Positions 13,790 to 26,175 of a DNA stretch of 64,000 nucleotides are shown piece by piece. The DNA lies in the NCBI GenBank assembly GCA_964016885.1, contig OZ024754.1:496001-560000 (forward strand), read 5' to 3'. Made by a program: the position numbers and the translations under genes. Source of the stretch: Eledone cirrhosa (taxonomy: Eukaryota). Each line of letters opens with the position of its first letter. Position 1 is the first letter of the stretch. The notes beneath the pieces are model-generated. The model was not told the DNA's origin, did not search any database, and saw nothing but the letters and a program-made list of their open reading frames with translations.

Positions 13790-14360
13790 ATCCCACAACC
13801 ATTATCATACACAAGGAGTGTGGTGCTACATGGTAGTGAGACAGGCATTGCATGTGGTGCTACATGATAATGGGTCGTATGTGTTACACGTGGTGCTACA
13901 TGGTAGTGAGTCACAGGTGCTGCATGTGGTGCTACATGGTAGTGGGTCATAGGCATTGCATGTGGTGCTGTATGGTAGTGAGACATGTGCACTGCATAGT
14001 AGTGAGGCATATGCATTGCATGTAGTGCTACATGGTCATTGAACATGGAAGATGGGCAGAGTTTGGAGAGAAATGAGATGAGAATGATTTGATTGATGTT
14101 TAATGTTAACCTGTCTGAAAGACAGAACAGAAATTATCTGCTAAATCAGTGAAGCATTAAAGATACGAATGGCTAGGTGCAGGAAGAGATAATGATGTGA
14201 TGAGGGTGTTGAGTGAAATGTGAGGTGTGTTGCCTGTGTAGACAGGAAATAGATGTGGGGAGGTGAAATTTAAGGCTGTTGGATCTCAGAGATAAGAAAC
14301 GGTCAAGACAAACCTTGATACAACCAAATTATCTAACCTGTAGCAGATTGGAAGGTTGAT
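13790..14360 (+). pseudogene. Decayed RTE ORF C-terminus with an internal ~36-bp minisatellite
   Basis: gtgctacatggtagtgagaca encodes VLHGSET; ttggagagaaatgagatgagaatg encodes LERNEMRM, matching the ORF at 17950-18050. Confidence 0.65.
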
Positions 14361-14472
14361 ATTAACATGTTGATAATGGTGACACCAATGACACCAGGAG
14401 TTAAAGAGAAACCTAGTATGACACTTGAAATGTGATAGGGATCTGCAAACTGACGACTTTTAAATATAATGT

Positions 14473-14687
14473 TTAACCCTTTAGCATTCACATTATTTTA
14501 TATATACTATTATATTTTCATGGTAAAGGCTTTACCTCACATAATATCGAATCTATGAGATTTTGGAAGTATTTATTTTGAGAACAATACCTTAACATCA
14601 GTTTGAGCGACCAGTTGCAGCCAGTTTCAACAGATAGGGGTAGAGAATTCTGGCCGGTTTGGGCCGGCTTGAACATTAAAGGGTTAA
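14473..14687. mobile_element. piggyBac-type MITE
   Basis: TTAA TSD and CCCTTT TIR; near-identical reverse complement of 27106-27320. Confidence 0.9.
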
Positions 14688-14975
14688 GAAAGTGCTGTAG
14701 TTTGTATTGTTGAATAAGAAATAAAAATATAACTAGGAAAAAAGTTACAATATTTCCAAGCCCGACAATGCATGTGAGATTATAAGTGCCAAGGTTGGTG
14801 TTGTTGGTGTGTTTGTATGTGTGTGTTGTTGTGGGTTAGTGTGTTGATACCATGATATATAGTTTAGTGGAGGTGCCATGATAAAATACACCTTGTACAC
14901 TCTGTAAAGTGGTTAGTGCTCACACCACAGTGAAGCAGCACACCCAGTATATACTGTGTTAGGAATGGTATTCAT

Positions 14976-15056
14976 ATAGGGTCCCCCAAAAATATAAACA
15001 CACATTTATTAGAATGCTGTTGGAGTGTGTATACATTTTTTTTTGGACACCCTGTA
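14976..15056. mobile_element. Tc1/mariner-type MITE, about 80 bp (also 57468-57548)
   Basis: tagggt...accctg-TA ends; shares ttagaatg.tgttg.agtgtgtatacatt with 34144 and 57468. Confidence 0.65.
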
Positions 15057-15419
15057 TATCATTATCATTGTTTAACGTCCATTTTCCATACCAGCATGGG
15101 TTAGACAGTGTGTGTGTATATATCCATATATATAATTTTATATATATATATATATATATACACACTAGCAAACAGATTTTAACTTGCCTCCAATTTCCTT
15201 TACATACACACACGTCCACACACACACACGTCCACATACACACACGTCCACACACACACGTCCACACACACGTACACACACACGTACACGCACACGTACA
15301 CACACGTACATACACACACACACAAGAATAGAGAGGTGGGTGTACATCGCTTATTACATAAAGATTATTTAATTTAGCTTTCAAATTGATAAACATAGAA
15401 TTGTCATTCTAACCTAAAT

Positions 15420-15603
15420 AATTGTTTCTACTTTTGGCACAAGGCCAGCAATTACCCCAGTGCATTACTGGTACTTTATTTTATCGACCCCGTAAGGATG
15501 AAAGGCAAAGTTAACCTTGGAGGGATTTGAACTCAGTCTGTAAAGGGACGTAACTATGCTAGAAAGCATGGCGTCCAACCCTCTACTGATACTGCCAATC
15601 CAC
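15420..15603 (-). mobile_element. S1 SINE
   Basis: Reverse complement of the 6759 family. Confidence 0.85.
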
Positions 15604-15637
15604 TAACCTAAATAATGACTAGAAATGGATATAAAAA

Positions 15638-16110
15638 CCACCACCACCACCATCATCATTATCACCACCACCACCATCATTACCACCACCACCATCATCA
15701 TTATCACCACCACCACCATTACCACCACCACCAGCACCATCATCATTATCACCACCGCCACCACCACCATCATCATTACCACCACCACCACCACCATCAC
15801 CACCACCACCACCACCACCATCATTACCACCACCACCATCATCATTATCACCACCACCACCACCACCATCATCATTATCACCACCACCACCATCATCATT
15901 ACCACCACCACCACCACCATCATTACCACCACCACCACCACCATCATCATTATCACCACCACCACCACCATTACCACCACCACCATCATCATTATCACCA
16001 CCACCAGCACCATCATCATTATCACCACCACCACCATCATTACCACCACCATCATCACCACCGCCATCACCATCGCCACCACCATCATTATTACCATTAT
16101 TATTATTGTT
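15638..16110. repeat. (CAC/CAT/TAC)n compound trinucleotide array
   Basis: Directly visible; poly-His, poly-Thr and poly-Val ORFs are artefacts. Confidence 0.95.
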
Positions 16111-16442
16111 GTTTTTATTATAACGGAAATAAAAATCATCATCATTAATACTGTTGTTATTGTTGTTGTTGTTGTGTCACCTTTTAATATTGAAACAGTT
16201 AAACGTAATATTTTAATATTCGAAATCTAACAGAAAGAGTTTCAACATTAAAATTTCAAGAGAATAATTTCATTTCTCTAATTATTCGTGTGACAGGTAA
16301 AACCATGTTTGTTGAGTGGGAGGAAATGGTAGATCAATGATAGAATTATGCTAATGAGGGGAAGGAGAAGTACAAACTCATTAGCTAATGATGCAGTCAC
16401 ACATGTATACATAAACACATGCATTCATACACACATGCATGC

Positions 16443-16478
<36 letters not shown>

Positions 16479-16491
16479 ATATACACACACA

Positions 16492-16529
<38 letters not shown>

Positions 16530-16793
16530 CACACACACACACATACATATGCATTCATACACACATTCATATATATATACACACACATATACATACATAC
16601 ACACATTCATATATATATATACACACACATATACATATACACACCATGCATATATATATATATATATATATATAAATACACACACACATACATATACACA
16701 CATGCATTCATACACATGCATATATATATATAAATAAATACACACACACATACATATATACATACATACACACATGCATTCATACACACATGC

Positions 16794-16826
<33 letters not shown>

Positions 16827-18716
16827 TCGTACAGTCGTACAGAATGGGGTTGTTCCGAAGGACTGGCATAGCAGCATCATCGTTAACTGTTATAAGGGTA
16901 AAGGAGACGCCCTAGATAGGAGTAACTATAGAGGCATTAAATTAATCGACCAGGTCATGAAGGTCACGGAAAAAGTAATAGCGCAACTAATCAGAGAGAG
17001 AATTGATCTAGATGAAATGCAGTTCGGGTTTGTGTCAGGCAAAAGCACCACAGACGCTCTTTTCATAGTACGACAACTACAGGAGAAGTACCTAGCTAAA
17101 GGTAAACCCCTCTACTTAGCTTTTGTCGACCTGGAGAAAGCCTTCGACAGAGTCCCCCGCTCCATTATCTGGTGGGCTCTTAGAAAACTAGGCGTTGACG
17201 AATGGCTTGTGAGGGCTATACAAGCCATGTATAAAGAAACAGTCAGCAAGGTTAGAATTAACAACGAATATAGTGAAGAGTTTAGCGTAAAAGTTGGCGT
17301 CCATCAGGGCTCTGTTCTCAGCCCCCTACTATTTATTATTGCCCTTCAGGCTATAACAGAGGAGTTCAAGACAGGCTGCCCATGGGAACTCCTATACGCA
17401 GACGACCTGACACTCATAGCGGAATCAATGGCCGAGCTAGAGAAGAAATTCCAAACATGGAAGCACGGCCTAGAGTCAAAAGGACTTAAAATTAACCTGG
17501 CTAAGACCAAAGTTCTAGTTTGTAGGAAAGAAAACAAGGCGGCGGTCCCTTCTGGGAAATGGTCGTGCTCGGTATGTAGGAAAGGCGTAGGTAGAAACTC
17601 CATCTTATGTCCTAAATGCAAAGTATGGGTGCATAAAAGATGTAGTGGGATCACAGGTAAGCTAACTAAGAACATAGACTTTACATGTGGCCGGTGTTCT
17701 GGTGCAATAAGTAGCAGCAAGTGCCCACAAAATACTAGCTCTTTCAATTGCGCAGAGGGTTCTATAGAAATAGTGAACAGCTTCCGTTACCTGGGCGATA
17801 AAATCAGCAGTGGGGGAGGGTGCTCTGAAAGTACTGTAGCTAGAGTCAGAACTGGTTGGAAAAAGTTCAGAGAGCTTATACCACTATTAGCTGCTAAAGG
17901 GTTCTCCCTAAAAATGAAAGGCAGGTTGTACGATGCCTGCATACGAACAGCAATGTTGCATGGTAGTGAGACCTGGGCATTGTGTGCAGAGGATATACGC
18001 AGACTAGAGAGGAACGAAGCTTGCATGCTCCGCTGGATGTGTAACAGTAATATACGTGAACGGCAAAGCATAAACGAACTAAGGAAAAAATTAGAGATAA
18101 GAGGGATCAGATGTTGTTTACTCGAGAGAAGGCTGCGTTGGTATGGACACGTGATGCGCATGAAAGTCGATAGCTGTATTACAAAGTGCAGGGCAATAAA
18201 GATAGACGGTAGCCACGGAATAGGCAGACCTAGAAAAACATGGGATGAGCTGATAAACTCCGACCTCACACACTTACACCTCTCCAAGACAATGTCACTG
18301 GACCGTGACCTTTGGCGGTACTCAGTAACAGAGAAGACCCGCCTTGCCAGTAGGCATCTCTAACAAAATACACCCCGTCCCGCCACCACCCCCACCCCAT
18401 CCACACCACCCCGTTCTATGTAAAGTTATGTTGGTGCCGCGCCATCCAGGCCGAAACAAATGAGATCGTGTAGGTGTCACGACAAAAAAACACACAGTCC
18501 ACGCTGTAATGTGGCCGTGTAGGCAACACGGTAAAAACCTCCCAGACCCACACTGTAAATGTGGTTGGTGTTAGGAAGGGCATCCAACTGTAGAAAACCT
18601 GCCAGACAGTCCTATGCGAGCAAGACAATCACTCTTGCCTCAAGTGGGACTACCCCCGTCCAAACCCATGCAAGCGTGGAACACGGACGTTAAACGTTGA
18701 TGATGATGATGATGAC
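16827..18716 (+). mobile_element. RTE-clade LINE family A, 5'-truncated, inserted in a (TA/CA)n array
   Basis: Uninterrupted RT ORF, about 350-nt 3'UTR and a (GAT)n tail; acacacatgca(ta)n on both sides is a plausible TSD. Confidence 0.95.
16828..18363 (+). CDS. RTE reverse transcriptase (N-truncated) with PHD-type finger; the ORF-track start lies in microsatellite
   Basis: Motifs [68 protein letters not shown]. Confidence 0.95.
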   Translation, partial: RTVVQNGVVPKDWHSSIIVNCYKGKGDALDRSNYRGIKLIDQVMKVTEKVIAQLIRERIDLDEMQFGFVSGKSTTDALFIVRQLQEKYLAKGKPLYLAFVDLEKAFDRVPRSIIWWALRKLGVDEWLVRAIQAMYKETVSKVRINNEYSEEFSVKVGVHQGSVLSPLLFIIALQAITEEFKTGCPWELLYADDLTLIAESMAELEKKFQTWKHGLESKGLKINLAKTKVLVCRKENKAAVPSGKWSCSVCRKGVGRNSILCPKCKVWVHKRCSGITGKLTKNIDFTCGRCSGAISSSKCPQNTSSFNCAEGSIEIVNSFRYLGDKISSGGGCSESTVARVRTGWKKFRELIPLLAAKGFSLKMKGRLYDACIRTAMLHGSETWALCAEDIRRLERNEACMLRWMCNSNIRERQSINELRKKLEIRGIRCCLLERRLRWYGHVMRMKVDSCITKCRAIKIDGSHGIGRPRKTWDELINSDLTHLHLSKTMSLDRDLWRYSVTEKTRLASRHL

Positions 18717-18758
18717 ATATACACACACATGCATATATATATATATATATATATATAT

Positions 18759-19513
18759 GAGGGATCAGATGTTGTTTACTCGAGAGAAGGCTACGTTGGT
18801 ATGGTCACGTGATGCGCATGAAAGACGACAGCTGTATAACAAAGTGCAGGGCAATAAAGATAGACAGTAGCCACGGAGTAGGCAGACCCAGAAAAACCTG
18901 GGACGAGCTGATAAATTCCGACCTCACACACTTACACCTCTCCAAGACAATGTCATTGGACCGAGACCTTTGGCGGTACTCAGTAATAGAGAAGACCTGC
19001 CTTACCTAAATACAAAGTAAAAACCTACTACAGTCAGTAGGCATCTCTAACAAAACACACCCCCGTCCCACCACCCCCACCCCATCCACACCGCCCCTTT
19101 CAATGTAAAGTTATCTTGGTGCCACAACATCCAGGCCGAAACAAATGAGATCGTGTAGGTGTCACGACAAAAAAAACACACAGTCCACGCTGTAATGTGG
19201 CCGTGTAGGCAACACGGTAAAAACCTCCCAGTCCCACACTGTAAATGTGGTTGGTGTTAGGAAGGGCATCCAGCTGTAGAAAACCTGCCAGACAGTCCAC
19301 GCTGTAATGTGGCCGTGTAGGCAACACAGTAAAAACCTCCCAGCCCCACACTGTAAATGTGGTTGGTGTTAGGAAGGGCACCCAGCTGTAGAAAACCCGC
19401 CAGACAGTCCTATGCGAGCAAGACAACCACTCTTGCCTCAAGTGGGAAAACTCCCGTCCAAACCCATGCAAGCGTGGAACATGGACGTTAAACGATGATG
19501 ATGATGATGATGA
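18759..19513 (+). mobile_element. Second, shorter family A copy with an internal ~117-bp duplication in the 3'UTR
   Basis: Aligns to 18041-18716 with substitutions, about 30 extra nt near the stop, and a repeated cagtccacgctgtaatgtggcc..cctgccagacagtcc block. Confidence 0.9.
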
Positions 19514-20070
19514 TACACACACACATATACATATACACATACATACACATTTTCATATATATATATATATACACATACATGTATAGACGTACACACACAC
19601 GCATACACAGAAATGTACATACATATACACATACACATGCATCCACTCACACACACACACAGCAGTTTGGATCAAGTACTAAATATTGCAAACCTTCCAA
19701 AAATTTAATTAGCTTCTTTTATCAAACATCCATTCTTGCAGATTTTACAGATTTTTGTGAATATATATATATGAATATATATATATGATTTGTGAATATA
19801 TATATATGAATATATATATATGATTAGGAGCTGCAGAAACCCATATACTGGATTTTACCAACCTTCCAGGGGTCCGGGTAAATTTTCAATACCCGAATTA
19901 CTTCATCGCTTTTTTTTGGCTATGCGAATGATTGTTTAACCATCGTCTCAGTGTGTTTGGCCTTCAACTTTTGTTATAGCTCTGGTTCATCTGAATCATT
20001 GAGCACTTGCCACACATCTCGGGGGTTGTTTTTCGTTATTTCGTGGGCCGAAATGCGAATCTCGATAATT

Positions 20071-20124
<54 letters not shown>

Positions 20125-20256
20125 TATAAATATTAATAAAATAGATGTTCTTTTGATCAATTACATTTTATTATACATATTTCGGATGTACAACAGTGTA
20201 TAAAAATGGCATAGATATTACAGTACAAGACAATACAATGGGAGGAAACATAATAG

Positions 20257-20300
20257 TATCACTGATGATGTTGCAGATGTGCAACGAAAGAACTTTGTTA
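20257..20300 (+). ncRNA. Minimal type I hammerhead ribozyme candidate
   Basis: tatca-CTGATGA-t-gttgca-gatg-tgcaac-GAAA-gaac-TT-tgtta; stem I has one mismatch. Confidence 0.65.
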
Positions 20301-20552
20301 GACTATATATATATCTATACTTAGATCTGTATTTTTAACCGTTGGTCAATCAATGATAAACATTGATTGCCAAATAAATTAACTATGGAGATATAAAAGA
20401 TACAGAAGTGAAAACCAATCAAACAGTGAGTGTGTTGTTATTATTTCTGGCAATATTATAGCAATATGACCCTCCCCAAGTATAACAATATTTGTTTCGG
20501 CACACGATTTCATATCAAAAACCTTGCAAAACAAATACACACACACACATAT

Positions 20553-20636
<84 letters not shown>

Positions 20637-20799
20637 GTGTCGGTGTGTGTTTGCGTGTGTAAAAGGTAAACAGAAATAACAACACATCGTTGGATTTTCA
20701 CCCCAAAACTGGATACCAACCCGTAGTATACCTGAACTTCCACCAGGAAATCTTTCGTATCACTGAAATTTTCTTTGCTTCTTGCATATATATACATAT

Positions 20800-22520
20800 A
20801 TATAGCTATTGGACAGGACATACTGTATATATATATAGCTATTGGATAGGACATACTGTATATATATATAGCTATTGGATAGGACAAACTGTATATACAC
20901 AGCTATTGAACAGGACAATCTCTATATACATACAGCTATTGGACAGGACACACTATATATATATATATATATATAATCATAATTATCATTTTACGTCCGC
21001 TTTTTCCCTACTTGCAAGGATGGGAACTGATTCTGGCTTGATTTCTACAGCTGGATGCCCTTCCTAACACCAACCTCATTTACAGTGAGTGATGGGTGCT
21101 TTTTGTCCGTGGCGCCTACACATCCACTTTACAGTGTGGGCTGGGTGTTTTTTTTACCGTGGCACCTCCACGACCACTTTGCAGTGGAATGATAGGGACC
21201 CCAGTACTATCATCTCATTTCTACAGCTGAGTGAACTGGAGCAATGTGAAATAAAGTGTCTTGCTCAAGGAAACAACACATCACCTGGTCTGGGAATTGA
21301 ATACACAACCTTTCGATTGCAAGCCCAATGCTCTAACCACAGGACATACTCTGTGTGTATATATATATATATATATATATAGCTATTGGACAGGACATAC
21401 TGTGTGTATATATATACAGCTATTGAACAAGACAAACTGTATATATACACAGCTATTGGACAGGACAAACTGTATATATACAGCTATTGGACAGGACAAA
21501 CTGTATACACACAGCTATTGGACAGGACAAACTGTATATATACAGCTATTGGACAGGACAAACTGTATACACACAGCTATTGGACAGGACAAACTGTATA
21601 TATACAGCTATTGGACAAGACAAACTGTATATATACAGCTATTGGACAGGACAAACTGTATATATACAGCTATTGGACAGGACATACTGTATATATACAG
21701 CTATTGGACAGGACATACTGTATATATACAGCTATTGGACAGGACATACTGTATATATACAGCTATTGGACAGGACAAACTGTATGTACACAGCTATTGG
21801 ACAAGACAAACTGTATATACACAGCTATTGGACAGGACAAACTGTATATACACAGCTATTGGACAGGACAAACTGTATATACACAGCTATTGGACAGGAC
21901 ATACTGTATATATACAGCTATTGGACAGGACAAACTGTATATACACAGCTATTGGACAGGACAAACTGTATATACACAGCTATTGGACAGGACAAACTGT
22001 ATATACACAGCTATTGGACAGGACAAACTGTATATACACAGCTATTGGACAGGACAAACTGTATATACACAGCTATTGGACAGGACAAACTGTATATACA
22101 CAGCTATTGGACAGGACAAACTGTATATACACAGCTATTGGACAGGACATACTGTATATATACAGCTATTGGACAGGACAAACTGTATATACACAGCTAT
22201 TGGACAGGACAAACTGTATATACACAGCTATTGGACAGGACAAACTGTATATACACAGCTATTGGACAGGACAAACTGTATATACACAGCTATTGGACAG
22301 GACAAACTGTATATACACAGCTATTGGACAGGACAAACTGTATATACACAGCTATTGGACAGGACAAACTGTATATACACAGCTATTGGACAGGACAAAC
22401 TGTATATACACAGCTATTGGACAGGACAAACTGTATATATACAGCTATTGGACAGGACAAACTGTATATACACAGCTATTGGACAGGACAAACTGTATAT
22501 ATACAGCTATTGGACAAGAC
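20800..22520. repeat. 31-bp satellite (acagctattggacaggacaaactgtatatac), about 40 units, interrupted by a SINE
   Basis: Directly visible. Confidence 0.95.
20978..21340 (-). mobile_element. Composite SINE: tRNA head + CORE + RTE-derived module + family B 3' tail
   Basis: Aligns end to end with 25294-25678. Confidence 0.85.
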
Positions 22521-22804
22521 ATGAGATGAAGTTTAATATACAGTTATATATACAGTATAACTGTATATTAAACTTCATCTCATGCCAGCCAGATGTTCTT
22601 CATATAATTTATTCTTTTACTCAATGAGAATGGTTATCAAATTCCAGACTAAATCAGAAATGTCTATTTTTCCAGAAAACCTATTTAACCTCTAATATAA
22701 AAGATGCATAAATCTAATTAGAAAGAAAGGCCTAACTTATGCTTGTGCTTCACAAGGGAACTTTCTAGGTGCAAAACCATGGTCATTTGTGATCGAAGGG
22801 GTCT

Positions 22805-22850
<46 letters not shown>

Positions 22851-22924
22851 ATAACAATATAAAAAAGGGGAAGGGCAAAAAAAAAGAAGGAAAGAGAGAA
22901 GGGAAAAAGAAAAGGAAAAAAACA

Positions 22925-23172
22925 AAAAAAACACAGTACATGACAGGACACACTATATATATAGTGTGTCCTGTCATGTAGGTAACACAGTAAAAAGCTC
23001 CCAGTGCAGACTGTAAATGTGGTTGGTGTTAGGAAGGGCATCCAGCCGTAGAAAACCTGCCAGACAGTCCTATACGAGCGAGACATGGTCACCCGACCAA
23101 CCTTGCCTCAAATGGGACAATTCCCGTCTAACCCATACTAGCGTGGAAGATAGACATTAAATGATGGTGATG
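22925..23172 (+). mobile_element. RTE family A 3' module containing a 44-bp palindrome
   Basis: Matches 3556-3798 except at 22937-22980. Confidence 0.8.
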
Positions 23173-23180
23173 ATATATAC

Positions 23181-23212
<32 letters not shown>

Positions 23213-23285
23213 GTGTATATGTTTATATATCCATGTATATGTATGTATGCACATATATCTGTATACCTCTCATTATATATTCTGA

Positions 23286-23347
<62 letters not shown>

Positions 23348-23592
23348 ATAATTAGATACCAACTCTGTTAGATAAAATACTAATCTACCTGTTCCAAATG
23401 GGTAGATAAAATTAAGCAATACAGAATAAACTGGTCTGTCCAGAAATATAATGGAATGTTTATAGCACATTTCAACATAGAACCTACAAGGAGCTGGTCT
23501 AAACTTGAATTTACTTAGCTATTTCACTACTACACACCATAGCTAAGATACTATCATATCATCACCAACTTTTCCATGCTGGCATATTTTAT

Positions 23593-23627
<35 letters not shown>

Positions 23628-23921
23628 TGTTTCTACTTTAGGCACAAGGCCAGCAAATACCCAGTGCATTACTGGTACTTTATTTTATCTACCCCGTAAG
23701 GATGAAAGGCAAAGTCAACCTCGGCGGGATTTGAACTCAGAATATATAATGAGAGGTATACAGATATATGTGCATACATACATATACATGTATATATAAA
23801 CATATATTTTTTCACAAGTATGTGAGGTTGTGTTTTGTCGACCTTAACCAGTGTTGCTCTATGATTATGAGAGACAAAATAATCGAAATAATTAAATTGA
23901 CACAATATCAGAGCTATGCAA

Positions 23922-24299
23922 AATATTATAAAAAAAGAAGGAATAATAGACACAATATACCTATTTTTTCTTCGCCCCTCTGTAGCCTCTGTATCATATT
24001 AATATCCCCCTCCGCCTTCTGAGATATTCTTCACTGCTACAAGGGATTAATCCCCTTTCTTGACCGGTGTATCACGTGATAAAGTCTCCCTCCGCCTTTT
24101 TGAGATTTTCTCGCATGCTACGGACGTATGTAGTTAGGGCTCTTCCCCGAGGTGCTCCCTTGATAAGCTGGCTTACCTCACAACAATGTTACATATCTAT
24201 GATAAAACATTTTTGCATAGTGACCAGCGAAACTGTACAGTCGGGACGAAGAAAAAATAGGTATATTGTGTCTATTATTCCTTCTTATTTTATAATATT
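23922..24299 (+). mobile_element. Inverted-repeat element with a degenerate hammerhead (family H5)
   Basis: About 55-bp inverted arms; tccc-TTGATAA-gctgg..ccagc-GAAAC-tgtaca-GTC-ggga at 24156-24246. Confidence 0.7.
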
Positions 24300-24305
24300 A
24301 TATAT

Positions 24306-24357
<52 letters not shown>

Positions 24358-24451
24358 GCAGAACACTGGAAGGTAATATCCGTGGTGGTAGAGCACTCAG
24401 TCCATGGGACGAGTTAGGTAGAAGTGGTAACTCAACAGTTAGTTCACCATA

Positions 24452-24492
24452 CCGAGAACAATTGTTTCACCTTATGCGGATCTTCAGCTCGG
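24452..24492 (-). ncRNA. Intact minimal type I hammerhead within a 24422-24617 inverted repeat (family H6)
   Basis: Minus strand reads ccgag-CTGAAGA-tccgcataaggt-GAAAC-aatt-GTT-ctcgg. The opposite arm (24547-24587) has CTAAAGA. Confidence 0.8.
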
Positions 24493-25293
24493 ACTGGTCA
24501 TGGTTATATGCAACAGGAAGAAGAACAACCGTATGTTCTGACCTGTCCGAGCTAAAGATCCACATAAGTTGAAACAATTGTTCTCGGAATGGTGAACTAA
24601 CTGTTGTGTTACTACTTTATATATATATATATAAAGTAGTAACCCTTTAATTACCAATCCGGCCAACACCAGTTCTGGTTCTATGGGATAAAATCACCCA
24701 TTTTAAAGGTTTCCAATTCAAATTAAAATCTTCCAACACAATTTTATATAAGAACCTACATTAAGTTACTATCTTAAGTAATAAAATAATAATTTTAGTA
24801 AATCCCTCAAAATTCTTCATTAATTGAGTGTATTTCCTTAGAAATGTGGTCATGAAAGAGTTAGGACTTATGTTGAGAACATTCTGTCTTAGTAACCAGA
24901 ATACAATATTTCTTATGATGCTGATGTTAGGTGTGAAGTTTGCTGAGTAAATGTACCCCCAGCTGTTAATAAAGAGCTGCTAGGACTGAATGAGGTAGTT
25001 AAAATCAGATTCTAGAATTGTTCGGGGGGGGGTCTCTTATCTCTGATAAAAATAAAAAAATAAAAAAACAACAAAACAACCCCCTCCCCCCAAGGTTTAA
25101 ATAAACATACTATAACACAGATACAGTTTACATAAGATAGCATGGAAGAAGTGATGCTAAACAAATGATGATTACGATAGCAGTATTGATGATGATGATG
25201 GTTTCCTTTTTCATACTGTAAGAGTCTGCCACTAATTCTCATATAAAACCTTCCTATATATATAAATATATATATTTCATTTTATATATATAT

Positions 25294-25680
25294 ATCATCA
25301 TCATCATTTTACGTCCGCTTTTCCTTGCTTGCAAGGGTGGGACGGGAACTGATTCTGGCTCGATCTCTACAGCTGGATGCCCTTCCTAACACCAACCTCA
25401 TTTACAGTGAGTGCTGGGTGCGTTTTTGCCGTGGCACCTACACGTCCACTTTACAGTGTGGGTTGGGTACTATTTTGCCGTGGCACCTACACATCCACTT
25501 TACAGTGGAATGATAGGGACCCCAGTCCTATCATCTCATTTCTACAGCTGAGTAAACTGGAGCAATGTGAAATAAAGTGTCTTGCTCAAGGAAACAACAC
25601 ATCACCCGGTCTGAGAATTGAACTCACAACCTTTTGATAGCAAGGCCAATGCTCTAACCACTAAGCCATGTGCCTCCATA
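25294..25680 (-). mobile_element. Composite SINE (tRNA/CORE/RTE bipartite), full length
   Basis: Minus strand: head tggcttagtggttagagc..gagttcaattc, CORE ccttgagcaagacac, duplicated ggtgccacggcaaaa module, ggttggtgttaggaagggcatccagc, then a tail matching 53696-53757. Confidence 0.9.
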
Positions 25681-25847
25681 TATTCATTGAAATTGGTGGT
25701 TCACCCACCCCTGGATAGAACTGGTCATACCGTATAGTTAACCATCATGCAACAGTAGGCCATTGAAATATATACAGTGTCTGCAAAAATAAAACTTTAA
25801 AAGGAATTTCACTGATGCGGCTTCCTGTCACTTTATCCAACTATATA

Positions 25848-26105
25848 TCATCATCATCATCATTTGCAAGGGTGGGACGGGTCCTCTTCAGCACAGCATC
25901 TCTCCACTTGTCACGGTCCTTCATCATCTCCTCCATTTTCTTCAGCGACCTGAGGTCTGTTCTCACCACCTCCACCCATGTTTTTTGTGGTCTTCCTTCT
26001 ACTGGGATTTCTTGCACTTCTTTACCCAGCGGTCATCCTCCATGTACATCACATGTCCATACCATCTCAGTCTTCTCTCCCGCACACCACAACTTATCCC
26101 TCTTA
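25848..26105 (-). mobile_element. 5'-truncated RTE family B 3' end with deletions
   Basis: Aligns to 53696-53995. Confidence 0.85.
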
Positions 26106-26175
26106 CACACACATATATATATTCATAGAGATATGTAAAACCCTGACCACAATGCCAAGCAGTTTTGTGTGTGTG

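Noticed and set aside
17346-18287. Antisense ORFs over the RTE copies (also 53747-55939)
   Set aside because: They are shadow frames of the LINE ORF.
25370-25540. Twister ribozyme expected (from memory) upstream of the aggaagggcatcc motif
   Set aside because: No twister core such as ggtcccaagccc is visible in any copy.
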